Positions 15,452 to 24,000 of a stretch of 24,000 bases of DNA are shown one piece after another. This DNA comes from Altererythrobacter sp. (lineage in GTDB: Bacteria; Pseudomonadota; Alphaproteobacteria; Sphingomonadales; Sphingomonadaceae): positions 703,496-727,495 of the forward strand of contig JAEULJ010000001.1 in the NCBI GenBank assembly GCA_016793865.1, given 5' to 3'. The stretch's first letter is position 1; each line of letters begins with the position of its first letter. The notes beneath the pieces were generated by a model. The model was not told the origin of the DNA. It searched no databases and was given only the letters and a program-made list of their open reading frames with translations. The position numbers were made by a program, and so were the translations under genes.

Positions 15452-16417
15452 TCAGATTTCCCCGCCCGTGAGGCGTTGGCAGATGAGGTCGAGCTGATCG
15501 AGTGTTCGGTATCGGATCGTTACCGAGCCCTGCTGCGGCGATTTGTCGGTCGCGATTCGCACCTGCATGCCGAGGAAGTCCTCCAGATGCCCCTGAACAG
15601 CCGCGATATCCGCATCGCCTTCCGCCGGCACGGGCCTGGGCGAACGCGTCCCTCGCGGCCCATCCTGCTTGCGCGCCAGCCGCTCCACCTCGCGCACCGA
15701 AAGGCGCTCTTCGGCGGCCCTTCGCGCCAGCACGGTCGCCTGCGGGTGACCTATCAGGGCGCGGGCATGGCCCATCGACAGGCCGCCGGCGGAAACCAGG
15801 CCCAGCACCTCGTCCGGCAGTTCCAGCAGACGCTGCATATTTGCCACGTGGCTTCGCGACTTGTCGACCAGCTTGGCGATCTCCGCCTGGCTCATGCCCT
15901 GCCGATCGGCGAGGCCGCGGTAGGCGCGCGCCTCCTCCACCGGATTGAGATCCTCTCGCTGGAGGTTCTCGATCAGAGCCAGCGCCATCACCTCGCCATC
16001 GTCGAGATCGCGAACCAGCGCGGGGATGCCGTGCAGCTGTGCCTTCTGCGCCGCCCGCCAGCGGCGCTCACCCGCGACGAGCTGATAACCTCCCTGCGGG
16101 AGCGGGCGCACGATGATCGGCTGGATGACCCCTCGCGCACGGATGGAATCGGCGAGCTCCGCCAGCGCCGCCTCGTCGAAATGGGTGCGCGGCTGGCCGG
16201 GCAGCGGCTGGACAGCGGCGACCGCGATCGTCCGATACGTACCGGCGGGCCCGCTGCGGCCGCCCTGATCGGAAGCGGGTTCGGCCTGGCCGGCGCCAGG
16301 CAACGGGACAACCAGCGGCTCCTCGCGCCGCATCTCGCCCATCAGCGCCCCCAGCCCGCGCCCCAGCTTGCGGCGCGGCGGCACAGATGCCGCGGTATGC
16401 GTATCGCCTGCGGTCAT
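15452..16417 (-). CDS. parB: Chromosome-partitioning protein ParB
   Basis: 'RKLGRGLGALMGE', 'QPRTHFDEAALAELADSIRARGVIQPIIVRP', 'YQLVAGERRWRAAQ', 'ALIENLQREDLNPVEEA', HTH 'MSQAEIAKLVDKSRSHVANMQRLLELP'. Start ATG at 16417 overlaps the parA stop. Confidence 0.96.
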   Translation of the reverse strand: MTAGDTHTAASVPPRRKLGRGLGALMGEMRREEPLVVPLPGAGQAEPASDQGGRSGPAGTYRTIAVAAVQPLPGQPRTHFDEAALAELADSIRARGVIQPIIVRPLPQGGYQLVAGERRWRAAQKAQLHGIPALVRDLDDGEVMALALIENLQREDLNPVEEARAYRGLADRQGMSQAEIAKLVDKSRSHVANMQRLLELPDEVLGLVSAGGLSMGHARALIGHPQATVLARRAAEERLSVREVERLARKQDGPRGTRSPRPVPAEGDADIAAVQGHLEDFLGMQVRIATDKSPQQGSVTIRYRTLDQLDLICQRLTGGEI

Positions 16418-17199
16418 GCGGCGATCCTCTGCGCAGGCAGCCGCCCGATCAGTTCGCGGGCGAGGTTGATATAGGCACGACTGCCCGAGCATTGATGATC
16501 GTACACCAGCGCCGGCAGACCGTGGCTGGGCGCTTCCGAGAGGCGGACGTTGCGGGGGATGACTGATTCGAACACCAGCGGACCGAGACAGTCGCGAACA
16601 TCGTCGGCCACCTGATCGGTCAGGCGGTTGCGCCGGTCGAACATCGTCAGCACCACACCCACTATGCCGAGATCGGGATTGAACTGTCCCTGGACACGCT
16701 CGACCGTCTTCAGAAGCTGACTCAGCCCTTCCAGCGCGAAGAATTCGCATTGGAGAGGCACGAGCAGCGTATCGGCCGCGGTCAGCGCATTGAGCGTCAG
16801 GAGGCCGAGCGACGGCGGGCAATCGACGAAGCAGATGTCGTAGCGGCCACGCGCGGCTGTCTTATGCAGCGCACGGCGAAGGCGATCGGAACGATCCGGT
16901 ACCGTTACCAGCTCCACCTCCGCTCCCGAGAGATCCTGCGTGGCGGGGACGATCTGGAGCGACGGGATCGAGGTGGGATGGGCGCAGCTCGCCAGATCAA
17001 GCCCCTCGATCATCAGGTCATAGGTGGAAGTGCCGCGATCCGCGGCCGAGATTCCCAGCCCGGTGGAGGCATTGCCCTGCGGATCGAGGTCCAGCAACAG
17101 CGTGCGCCAGCCAATGGCGGCCATGGCGGTGGCAATGTTGATGGCAGTCGTGGTCTTTCCCACTCCGCCCTTCTGATTCGCGATCGCGACGGTAATCAC
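16414..17199 (-). CDS. parA: Chromosome-partitioning ATPase ParA
   Basis: '[27 protein letters not shown]' deviant Walker A, 'DLDPQGNASTGLGI', 'YDICFVDCPPSLGLLTLNAL'. GTG start at 17199 overlaps the rsmG stop. Confidence 0.96.
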   Translation of the reverse strand: MITVAIANQKGGVGKTTTAINIATAMAAIGWRTLLLDLDPQGNASTGLGISAADRGTSTYDLMIEGLDLASCAHPTSIPSLQIVPATQDLSGAEVELVTVPDRSDRLRRALHKTAARGRYDICFVDCPPSLGLLTLNALTAADTLLVPLQCEFFALEGLSQLLKTVERVQGQFNPDLGIVGVVLTMFDRRNRLTDQVADDVRDCLGPLVFESVIPRNVRLSEAPSHGLPALVYDHQCSGSRAYINLARELIGRLPAQRIAA

Positions 17200-17822
17200 G
17201 CGCCGTCCTCCAGCCTGCCCTTGCCTGTCACGATGCCCGCCTCGGGGTCGGTTGCCGAGGGTTTCACGTGAAACATCGCCCGCTGCCTGCGCGGCAACTG
17301 GGCGATTTCTTGCGCCGCCGACCGCCCCTTGGGCAAGACCCATTCGGTGTCCGCTGTGGAGAAGCGCGCAGCCATATCGAGCAATCGCGGCAGCGGCGCG
17401 AAAGCGCGCGCGCTTATGACACCCGCCGCTACCGGAGCTGCCGACCTAATATTTCCACCACGAACGGCAATATTCCTTGCCCCAAGCTGCTCGATCGTTT
17501 CCTGAAGCCATTGAATTCTGAGCGCTCGGGATTCCATCAGCACCATCTCGCGCTCCGGCTCCAATAATCCGATCACCATGCCGGGCAGGCCGGCGCCGGC
17601 GCCGAGATCGAGCCAAGACGACGTTCCACGTGAAACATGGTCGATGAGCTGCACCGAATCGGCGATATGCCGCAGCCATATCTGGGGCAGCGTCGATGCC
17701 GCGATCAGGTTTTGGGTTCCGGCCCCTTGCCGCAGGAGTTCCGCATAGCGCTCTATCTTCCCAAGCGCGGCGGCGTTCCGGCAACGCGCCGCGACAAAAT
17801 CCCTCGCCTCATCTTCGGTCAC
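17196..17822 (-). CDS. rsmG: 16S rRNA (guanine(527)-N(7))-methyltransferase RsmG
   Basis: '[20 protein letters not shown]....[46 protein letters not shown]' motifs. Position between parA and mnmG. Confidence 0.94.
   Translation of the reverse strand: MTEDEARDFVAARCRNAAALGKIERYAELLRQGAGTQNLIAASTLPQIWLRHIADSVQLIDHVSRGTSSWLDLGAGAGLPGMVIGLLEPEREMVLMESRALRIQWLQETIEQLGARNIAVRGGNIRSAAPVAAGVISARAFAPLPRLLDMAARFSTADTEWVLPKGRSAAQEIAQLPRRQRAMFHVKPSATDPEAGIVTGKGRLEDGA
17260..17275. promoter_or_regulatory. parS: parS site 1 (GGTTTCACGTGAAACA) inside rsmG
   Basis: Perfect 14-bp core GTTTCACGTGAAAC at 17261-17274. One mismatch to the 16-bp consensus TGTTTCACGTGAAACA. Confidence 0.92.
17622..17637. promoter_or_regulatory. 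parS: parS-like site 2 (CGTTCCACGTGAAACA) inside rsmG
   Basis: Core GTTCCACGTGAAAC, one mismatch to the 14-bp parS core. Confidence 0.82.
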
Positions 17823-19666
17823 TGCGCGGTGGCCCCCTCGCGGCGGCGAGCGTGAACCAGCAAGGCAGCAAGGCCCGCCGGAGTCATCCCGCGCACCAAC
17901 GCCGCCTCCGCGATGCTCGAAGGACGCGATGCCTCCAGACGCTCCGTCATCTCCCGCGAGAGCCCCGGGATCGTCGCATAGTCGAGTTCCGTGGCAAGGC
18001 GCTGGCCGCGCGCCACACGCAGTTCGGTAGCCTCGCGCTCCTGCCGCGCGACATAGGGTGCGTAGCGGGCATCTTCGACGGCCTCGTGGAGCAAGGTCGC
18101 ATCCGCCGGATCGCCGAAGTCCGCTTCAAGCTGCGCCGCGTCCAGGAAACCCGCCTCTATCGCGCGATGGAGCGGCAAGCGCCGGTGAGCCTCCGGCACC
18201 GAGCCTGCCAGCGCGGCGCTTTCGGTCGTTTGCAAGGCCAGGCGCGCATCCAGGCCCGCGCGCCGTTCCATCCGCCGCTCGAACCACTCACGGCGCTGCG
18301 CGCCAACGCAACCGGCCGCGATCGCCAGCGGGGTCAGCCGCGAATCGGCGTTGGAAGCCCTCAGGCGAAGGCGATACTCCGCGCGCGCCGTGAGCATCCG
18401 GTAAGGCTCGCTGATCCCGTGGACGGTCAAATCGTCGGTCATCACCGCGAGATAGCTGTTGCTGCGGTCGAGCGCCGGCGCATCCATCTGCCGAGCAGAG
18501 CAGCCGGCGTGGAGGCCCGCCACCAGACCCTGCGCCGCAGCCTCCTCATAACCGGTGGTGCCGTTGATCTGTCCCGCGCAGAACAGCCCCGGGATCGCGC
18601 GGGTCTGCAAGTCCGTGCCGAGCGCCCTCGGGTCGATGTGATCGTACTCGACCGCATAGCCGGGGACCGTCATCTCGACCTGTTCAAGCCCGGCTATCGT
18701 GCGGAGCATCGCCAGCTGCACATCTTCGGGGAGCGAGGTGCTGATCCCGTTAGGGTATATCTCCCGAGCCCCCAGCCCTTCCGGCTCCAGGAATATCTGA
18801 TGACCGTCGCGGTCGCCGAAGCGGTGGATCTTGTCCTCGATCGAGGGGCAATAGCGCGGCCCCGCAGCATCGATCGCCCCGGTGTAGAGGGGCGATCGCC
18901 GCAGATTGGCGCGAATCAAGTCATGCGTAAGCGCATTGGTGCGGGCGATCGCGCAGTGAAGCTGCGGATTGACGCGCCGCGTGGTGAGCGAACTCATGGT
19001 CCAGCGCTCCCCGTCGGACGGCTGGACCGCGAGCCGCGCCCAGTCGATCGTCCGGCCGTCCAGCCGCGGTGGCGTGCCCGTCTTGAGCCGTGACATCGGC
19101 AGTGCCGCCTCGCGAAGCTGCTCAGCCAGCCGCGTCGCGCCGCGCTCGCCGATGCGCCCGCCCACCACCTTGCGCTCGCCGCAGAACATCACCCCGCCCA
19201 GGAAGGTTCCTGTGCAAAGCACGACATGCGTGGCCTCGAGAACGGAACCATCGGCCAGTCGCAGCCCGGCGACCCGCCCGCCGGCGAGCACAAGCTCCGT
19301 GGCCTCGCCCGAGACCACGCAAAGGGTTCCCAGCCTGCCAAGCTGCGCCTGCACGCTCGCGGCGAACAGGCGACGATCCGCCTGCACGCGCGGACCCCAG
19401 ACGGCGCTGCCCTTGGAGCGGTTGAGCATCCGGTAGTGGATCGCCGCATCATCGGCCGCCCGCGCGATAACGCCGTCGAAGGCGTCCACCTCGCGCACCA
19501 GATGACCCTTGCCGAGCCCACCGATGGCAGGATTGCAGCTCATCGCGCCAATCTGACGGTGGTCGAAGGTCACGAGTCCCACGCGCAAGCCCATCCGCGC
19601 GCACACCGCCGCGCACTCGACACCGGCGTGCCCGCCGCCAACGACCAGAACATCGAAAGCCTTCAT
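17819..19666 (-). CDS. mnmG: tRNA uridine-5-carboxymethylaminomethyl(34) synthesis enzyme MnmG
   Basis: '[23 protein letters not shown]', '[20 protein letters not shown]', '[12 protein letters not shown]', '[10 protein letters not shown]', 'YCPSIEDKI'. Confidence 0.96.
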   Translation of the reverse strand: MKAFDVLVVGGGHAGVECAAVCARMGLRVGLVTFDHRQIGAMSCNPAIGGLGKGHLVREVDAFDGVIARAADDAAIHYRMLNRSKGSAVWGPRVQADRRLFAASVQAQLGRLGTLCVVSGEATELVLAGGRVAGLRLADGSVLEATHVVLCTGTFLGGVMFCGERKVVGGRIGERGATRLAEQLREAALPMSRLKTGTPPRLDGRTIDWARLAVQPSDGERWTMSSLTTRRVNPQLHCAIARTNALTHDLIRANLRRSPLYTGAIDAAGPRYCPSIEDKIHRFGDRDGHQIFLEPEGLGAREIYPNGISTSLPEDVQLAMLRTIAGLEQVEMTVPGYAVEYDHIDPRALGTDLQTRAIPGLFCAGQINGTTGYEEAAAQGLVAGLHAGCSARQMDAPALDRSNSYLAVMTDDLTVHGISEPYRMLTARAEYRLRLRASNADSRLTPLAIAAGCVGAQRREWFERRMERRAGLDARLALQTTESAALAGSVPEAHRRLPLHRAIEAGFLDAAQLEADFGDPADATLLHEAVEDARYAPYVARQEREATELRVARGQRLATELDYATIPGLSREMTERLEASRPSSIAEAALVRGMTPAGLAALLVHARRREGATAQ

Positions 19667-19712
19667 CGCCCGCCCGCCTAGGCCATGCCCGCCCGCCGGT
19701 CAAAAGCGCCGC

Positions 19713-19728
19713 TGTTCCACGTGAAACA
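19713..19728. promoter_or_regulatory. parS: parS-like site 3 (TGTTCCACGTGAAACA) in the mnmE-mnmG intergenic region
   Basis: One mismatch to the 16-bp consensus TGTTTCACGTGAAACA. Directly abuts the mnmE stop codon (TCA on + strand at 19729-19731). Confidence 0.88.
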
Positions 19729-21000
19729 TCACTTCCCGATACAGAATCGCCCGAACAATCCGTCGAGCATATCTTCCACGCCCGCCGTGCCCAGGAGCCG
19801 ATCGAAGGCCGCACGGGCGGCACGCAGCGATTCGGCCGCGAGCAGTAGATCCGAAGAGCGCTCTGAGAGGGCCGCCAGCGCCTCTTCCAGCGCTTCCGCC
19901 TGCCGCCGGTTGATCGCCACCGACCCCGGACCCGGCAGGACGGCGCGGGCGCGCTCGGCCAGATCGCCAGCCAGGGCCGGAATGCCCTCGCCCGTGACGG
20001 CCGAGACCACATGGTCCGGGGCGCGTTTGCGCGGGGCGGAGGCATCGTCACAGCGCGCCTGGATCTCCAGCGCGCCCGCCGGCCCCTGCCCCTCGGGACC
20101 GAGCCACAGCACGATGTCCGCCAGCGCAAGCTGTGTGTGTGCGCGCTCGATCCCGATGCGCTCGATCCCATCGGCGCTGCTCTCGCGCAGGCCCGCCGTA
20201 TCCACCAGCACCAGCGGCAAGCCCGCGAAGCTCCCGGCGCGCTCGATCACGTCCCGCGTGGTCCCTGCCACGGGGGATACAATCGCTGCATCCTCACCAG
20301 ACAATACATTGAACAGGCTCGATTTTCCGCTGTTGGGCGGGCCCGCGAGCACCACCCGAATACCGTCACGCAACCGTTCCATGCGCGGCTGACGCAGCGC
20401 CTCGTCGATCGCCCGGGCCAGCGCGTCATGCCGGCCCTCGAACCCGGCGGGCAATGCCGCGACATCATCCTCATCGGCGAAATCCAGCACCGCCTCGACC
20501 AGCGCGGAGAGCGCCAGAACCTCGTCACGCCAGCCATGCACCAGGCGGGACAGCGCCCCACCCACGCCCGCCTGCGCAGCCCGCCGCTGGAGCTCCGTCT
20601 CGGCGCTCAGCAGATCGCCCAGCGCCTCCGCCTGCGCCAGGTCGATGCGGCCGTTGAGGAAGGCGCGGCGGGTGAACTCGCCGGCCTTCGCCGCACGCAG
20701 CCCGGGCATCCCCGCGAGCGCGGCCAGCACACCCGCGATCACCGCGCGGCCGCCGTGGCAGTGAAGCTCCACGCAATCTTCTCCCGTGGCGCTTGCCGGG
20801 CCCGGGAACCACAGCACCAGCGCGCGGTCGAGCTCCCGCCCCTCGCTATCGGCGAGCAGCCGGAGCGACACCCGGCGCGGCGCCGGCAGCCCTCCCGCCA
20901 GCCGCTCCAGAGCTTCGCCGGCACGCGGTCCGCTGATGCGCACCACGCCGATAGCCGCGGGCGGCGATCCACTTGCAAGCGCGAAAATGGTTTCGGTCAC
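19729..21000 (-). CDS. mnmE: tRNA uridine-5-carboxymethylaminomethyl(34) synthesis GTPase MnmE
   Basis: 'MTETIFALASGSPPAAIGVVRISGP', 'GEFTRRAFLNGRIDLAQAEALGDLL', G1 'GPPNSGKSSLFNVLSGEDAAIVSPVAGTTRD', C-terminal 'FCIGK'. GTG start. Confidence 0.96.
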   Translation of the reverse strand: MTETIFALASGSPPAAIGVVRISGPRAGEALERLAGGLPAPRRVSLRLLADSEGRELDRALVLWFPGPASATGEDCVELHCHGGRAVIAGVLAALAGMPGLRAAKAGEFTRRAFLNGRIDLAQAEALGDLLSAETELQRRAAQAGVGGALSRLVHGWRDEVLALSALVEAVLDFADEDDVAALPAGFEGRHDALARAIDEALRQPRMERLRDGIRVVLAGPPNSGKSSLFNVLSGEDAAIVSPVAGTTRDVIERAGSFAGLPLVLVDTAGLRESSADGIERIGIERAHTQLALADIVLWLGPEGQGPAGALEIQARCDDASAPRKRAPDHVVSAVTGEGIPALAGDLAERARAVLPGPGSVAINRRQAEALEEALAALSERSSDLLLAAESLRAARAAFDRLLGTAGVEDMLDGLFGRFCIGK

Positions 21001-21024
21001 GACAAGGCGGGCCGCCGGATCGCC

Positions 21025-21279
21025 TCAGGCGGCATCGTCCTTGCCGCGACGCGAGGCGGCGCTGGCCCCCTCCATGAAGCTCTGGAACAGCTTGAAGCCG
21101 GCCTGTCCCATCGGCGCGAGCTGGCGCGCGTATTCCTGCAGCTTCTCGGTATCCGAAACGCCCTGCATGGCCTTGGACATCATGTCGACATAGACCGCAT
21201 TGGCCTTGCCCACATCGGGGAGCCCCATGAAGCTGCGCGCCTCCTCGGGCGTGCAGTCGATCTCGATGTTCACCTTCAT
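21025..21279 (-). CDS. Small DUF6489-like uncharacterised protein
   Basis: 'MKVNIEIDCTPEEARSFMGLPDVGKANAVYVDMMSKAMQGVSD...YARQLAPMGQAGFKLFQSFMEGA'. Internal ATG at 21279 preferred over 21318. Confidence 0.7.
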   Translation of the reverse strand: MKVNIEIDCTPEEARSFMGLPDVGKANAVYVDMMSKAMQGVSDTEKLQEYARQLAPMGQAGFKLFQSFMEGASAASRRGKDDAA

Positions 21280-21378
21280 CGCGCCGCTCTCCCCGCTGGT
21301 CGGGCCATTTCCTGTCACACACCCCGCGCCTTGTCCACGGCCACGATCACGTCGTGGACCGGCCGGGGATAAGGGCGG

Positions 21379-22545
21379 TCAGAGCCCTGAATCGCCGATC
21401 GCCTCGAAAATCGCCCCTAACGCGGTGCGATCCTCTTCCGGAACCTCGGGCCGCCAGATCTCGAACAGCAGCACCACGCGCTCCTCAGGCCCGTCATTGC
21501 GGGCCTCATGCTCCATCGAATCGTCGAAGATCAGGGGAATGCCCGGCTCCCAGCTTCGCGTCTCGCTGCCGACGCGCAGGCTGCATCCGGGTGCTGTCTT
21601 GATGGGAATGTGGCAGATCAGCCGGGTGTTCAGCATCCCGTGATGCGGGGTGATATGAGCGCCAGGTAGGAGCCGCGACCAATGGGCATTGGGAGACCGG
21701 CCCGCAATGCGCGGCATGGGGGCATGCGTGAGCGCTTCCATCGTGGCCGGGCAGCGCCGGGCATTGTCCGCCGCCACCTCGCCGCTGCGCCAGAAGTGCA
21801 GCGCCGTCCAGCGCTCGCTGCCGAGCAGCGGATTGTTGGGGGCGGGCCGATCGGGCGGAGTCTCCACATAGGGTGCGAAACCTGCCGCACCCTCGGCGGA
21901 GATCCTCGCCCATTCGTCCTGCATGGCCGGGAGCAGCGCCAGCATCGGCACCAGCCACGGGAAATCCGCCGGCTCGTAGAATCGGCGTTGGGGGAGGCCC
22001 GGGTAATAGAAGACATTGGGCCGCTGAAGGTCGATCTCGCGCTCCCCCTTGAGGAGACCCAGCGCCTCGACCATCCTGTCCGAAAGCGGCCCCGAGGTCG
22101 CCTCCGCGAGGCGCCCGGCGAAGGCCTCGCTCGCCGTGGCACAGTAGCGCGCCGCATGATCCAGCAGCCGCGCTATCGCGGGCGGCGCCACGCCGGATGC
22201 GGCAGCCTGATTCCGCGCCGCCTGATAGAAGCTGACGGCGGCGCGCGCGCTTCCCGCCTGTTCGTGCAGCCAGCCCCGCTGGAGCAGCGCGCCGATATCG
22301 CGTGGAGCTGCCGCCAGCCGGCGATCGACCACTGCGGCCGCCGCGTCGTGGTTGCCCAACATGATCTCGGCATTGGCCAGCGCCGCCCAGGGAAACGGCC
22401 CGGAACCGGCGCGATCTTCCATTTCGCGCAGAATCGTGGCGGCCGAAGCCGCATCGCCCCCACGCAGGGCCGCGAGCGCACGTTCGGTCGCCTGGCGGGC
22501 TTCGGCTTCGGTCACGCGAAGGGGGATAGGCGAAGGCGATGCCAT
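21379..22545 (-). CDS. TPR-containing aspartyl/asparaginyl beta-hydroxylase family protein (putative Fe(II)/2-oxoglutarate oxygenase)
   Basis: N-terminal helical TPR-like repeats. C-terminal 'HWSRLLPGAHITPHHGMLNTRLICHIPIKTAPGCSLRVGSETRSWEPGIPLIFDDSMEHEARNDGPEERVVLLFEIWRPEV' is the AspH-like core. Confidence 0.85.
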   Translation of the reverse strand: MASPSPIPLRVTEAEARQATERALAALRGGDAASAATILREMEDRAGSGPFPWAALANAEIMLGNHDAAAAVVDRRLAAAPRDIGALLQRGWLHEQAGSARAAVSFYQAARNQAAASGVAPPAIARLLDHAARYCATASEAFAGRLAEATSGPLSDRMVEALGLLKGEREIDLQRPNVFYYPGLPQRRFYEPADFPWLVPMLALLPAMQDEWARISAEGAAGFAPYVETPPDRPAPNNPLLGSERWTALHFWRSGEVAADNARRCPATMEALTHAPMPRIAGRSPNAHWSRLLPGAHITPHHGMLNTRLICHIPIKTAPGCSLRVGSETRSWEPGIPLIFDDSMEHEARNDGPEERVVLLFEIWRPEVPEEDRTALGAIFEAIGDSGL

Positions 22546-22585
22546 GCGGCAATATGCACCATCGAAGGCAGAGAGGAGACGGGGT

Positions 22586-22981
22586 GTGAGCGCCACCAGG
22601 CGCCTGCCGCGCTGGCACGCAGTGATGAAGGGCGGCAATCAGCCACAGGCCCTCGCCGCTATCATCCGCGAGGATGCGGTCTTCCATTCGCCGGTGGTCC
22701 ACACGCCGCAGCGCGGGCGCGCGATCGTGGTCGCCTATCTCGCCGCCGCCGGGCAGACGCTGGGAAACGCCAGCTTCCGCTATGTCCGCGAGCTGGTCGA
22801 TGGCGAGAACGCGCTGCTCGAATTCGAGACCGAGATGGACGGCATCCACGTCAATGGCGTGGACCTGATCCGCTTCGACGAGGACGGCATGATCGCCGAT
22901 TTCAAGGTGATGGTGCGCCCGCTCAAGGCGGTGAACAAGGTCTGGGAACAGATGGCGGCACAGCTGGAGCGGGCAGGATGA
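22586..22981 (+). CDS. NTF2-like/SnoaL-like fold protein
   Basis: 'RRLPRWHAVMKGGNQPQALAAIIREDAVFHSPVVHTPQRGRAIVVAYLAAAGQTLG...DGIHVNGVDLIRFDEDGMIADFKVMVRPLKAVNKVWEQMAAQL'. GTG start at 22586. Confidence 0.75.
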   Translation: MSATRRLPRWHAVMKGGNQPQALAAIIREDAVFHSPVVHTPQRGRAIVVAYLAAAGQTLGNASFRYVRELVDGENALLEFETEMDGIHVNGVDLIRFDEDGMIADFKVMVRPLKAVNKVWEQMAAQLERAG

Positions 22982-23574
22982 TTCCGATGCGCATGATGAT
23001 CCTCGCCCTGGCGGGGATGGTGACAGCAACCCAGGCATGGGCGCTCGAACCCGCCCTCGGCGCCGGCGCGGAGCTGGAGGTGCGGCTCGACGGTGATTTC
23101 GACACCGATGGCGCGATGGACATCGCCTATGTCGCGCGCGGCGAGGAATCGCGAACGCTCCATGTCACCCTGGCGACCGGCGGGTCGGTGTTGCTGAACC
23201 TCGACCCCTACCCACTGGGGTCCGCGACGCTGAATTTCACCAAGGGCGTGCTTCTGGTCGAGGATCTGACCGGCGGCACCAGCGCCCTGGCGACCATGCG
23301 GCGCTACCGCTTCGACAAGGCGGGTGGGCAGATGCGGCTGATCGGGCTGGACGCGACCTATTACAGCCGCACCCAGGCGCACGATGGGTTCGTGATGAGC
23401 TGGAACCTGTACACCGGCAGGCTCACGACCATGGTGCTCCGCCTCAACAAGAAGGGCGGCGACGAGGCTTACAACCGGATCGACCAGAAGATCATCCGCC
23501 GCCCCAGCGGCAAGGTGTGGCTGCCGGACACACCCGACCCCGAGGAACTGATGAACGAGGTGGGCGGCCGCTGA
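22978..23574 (+). CDS. Uncharacterised exported protein
   Basis: ATG 22978 overlaps the preceding TGA (ATGA). Signal peptide 'MIPMRMMILALAGMVTATQAWA', then 'LEPALGAGAELEVRLDGDFDTDGAMDIAYVARGEESRTLHVTLATGG...', FG-GAP-like in its 'DFDTDGAMDIAYV' stretch. Confidence 0.7.
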   Translation: MIPMRMMILALAGMVTATQAWALEPALGAGAELEVRLDGDFDTDGAMDIAYVARGEESRTLHVTLATGGSVLLNLDPYPLGSATLNFTKGVLLVEDLTGGTSALATMRRYRFDKAGGQMRLIGLDATYYSRTQAHDGFVMSWNLYTGRLTTMVLRLNKKGGDEAYNRIDQKIIRRPSGKVWLPDTPDPEELMNEVGGR

Positions 23575-23593
23575 GGGGCCGCCCAGCCCCGCC

Positions 23594-24000
<407 letters not shown>

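Noticed and set aside
17696-19093. 465-aa plus-strand ORF antisense to mnmG (and 453-aa ORF 20011..21372 antisense to mnmE)
   Set aside because: Shadow ORFs of highly conserved genes in GC-rich DNA, with translations that look like reverse-frame noise.
21331-21372. Possible DnaA-box-like words (TTGTCCACG, and TTATCCCCG on the minus strand) near mnmE, considered as part of an origin
   Set aside because: Each has two mismatches to TTATCCACA, with no cluster, no AT-rich unwinding element and no dnaA/hemE neighbourhood in the window.

Overview
High-GC alphaproteobacterial chromosome segment, most consistent with a sphingomonad-like genome (inferred from gene content and protein style). Most of it is ordinary chromosomal gene content. 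Left to right: 3' part of a Suv3-like DExH helicase (+), S4-domain protein (+), FdxA-type ferredoxin (+), CarD/CdnL-type regulator (+) with a strong terminator, two tandem paralogous GIN/DUF2807 exported proteins (+), a small lipoprotein (+), TSUP/TauE permease (-), Sua5/YrdC threonylcarbamoyl-AMP synthase (-), acyl-CoA dehydrogenase (+), PQQ-type glucose/sorbosone dehydrogenase-like protein (-), free-Met-R-sulfoxide reductase (+), a compact archaic (Csu-like) chaperone-usher pilus cluster (-), then parB-parA-rsmG-mnmG-mnmE (-) with three parS-like sites, a four-gene stretch (DUF6489-like protein, TPR + Asp/Asn beta-hydroxylase, NTF2-like protein, uncharacterised exported protein), and the 3' end of rho (-). 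I found no CRISPR, tRNA/rRNA, transposon, integrase or recognisable defence system. The best candidates for a second look are the minimal pilus cluster with its repeat-dense intergenic region, the palindromic operator-like site (ATTGCGA-G-TCGCAAT) in front of a TATAAT box upstream of carD, the parS sites embedded in rsmG in two reading frames, and the small uncharacterised exported proteins.
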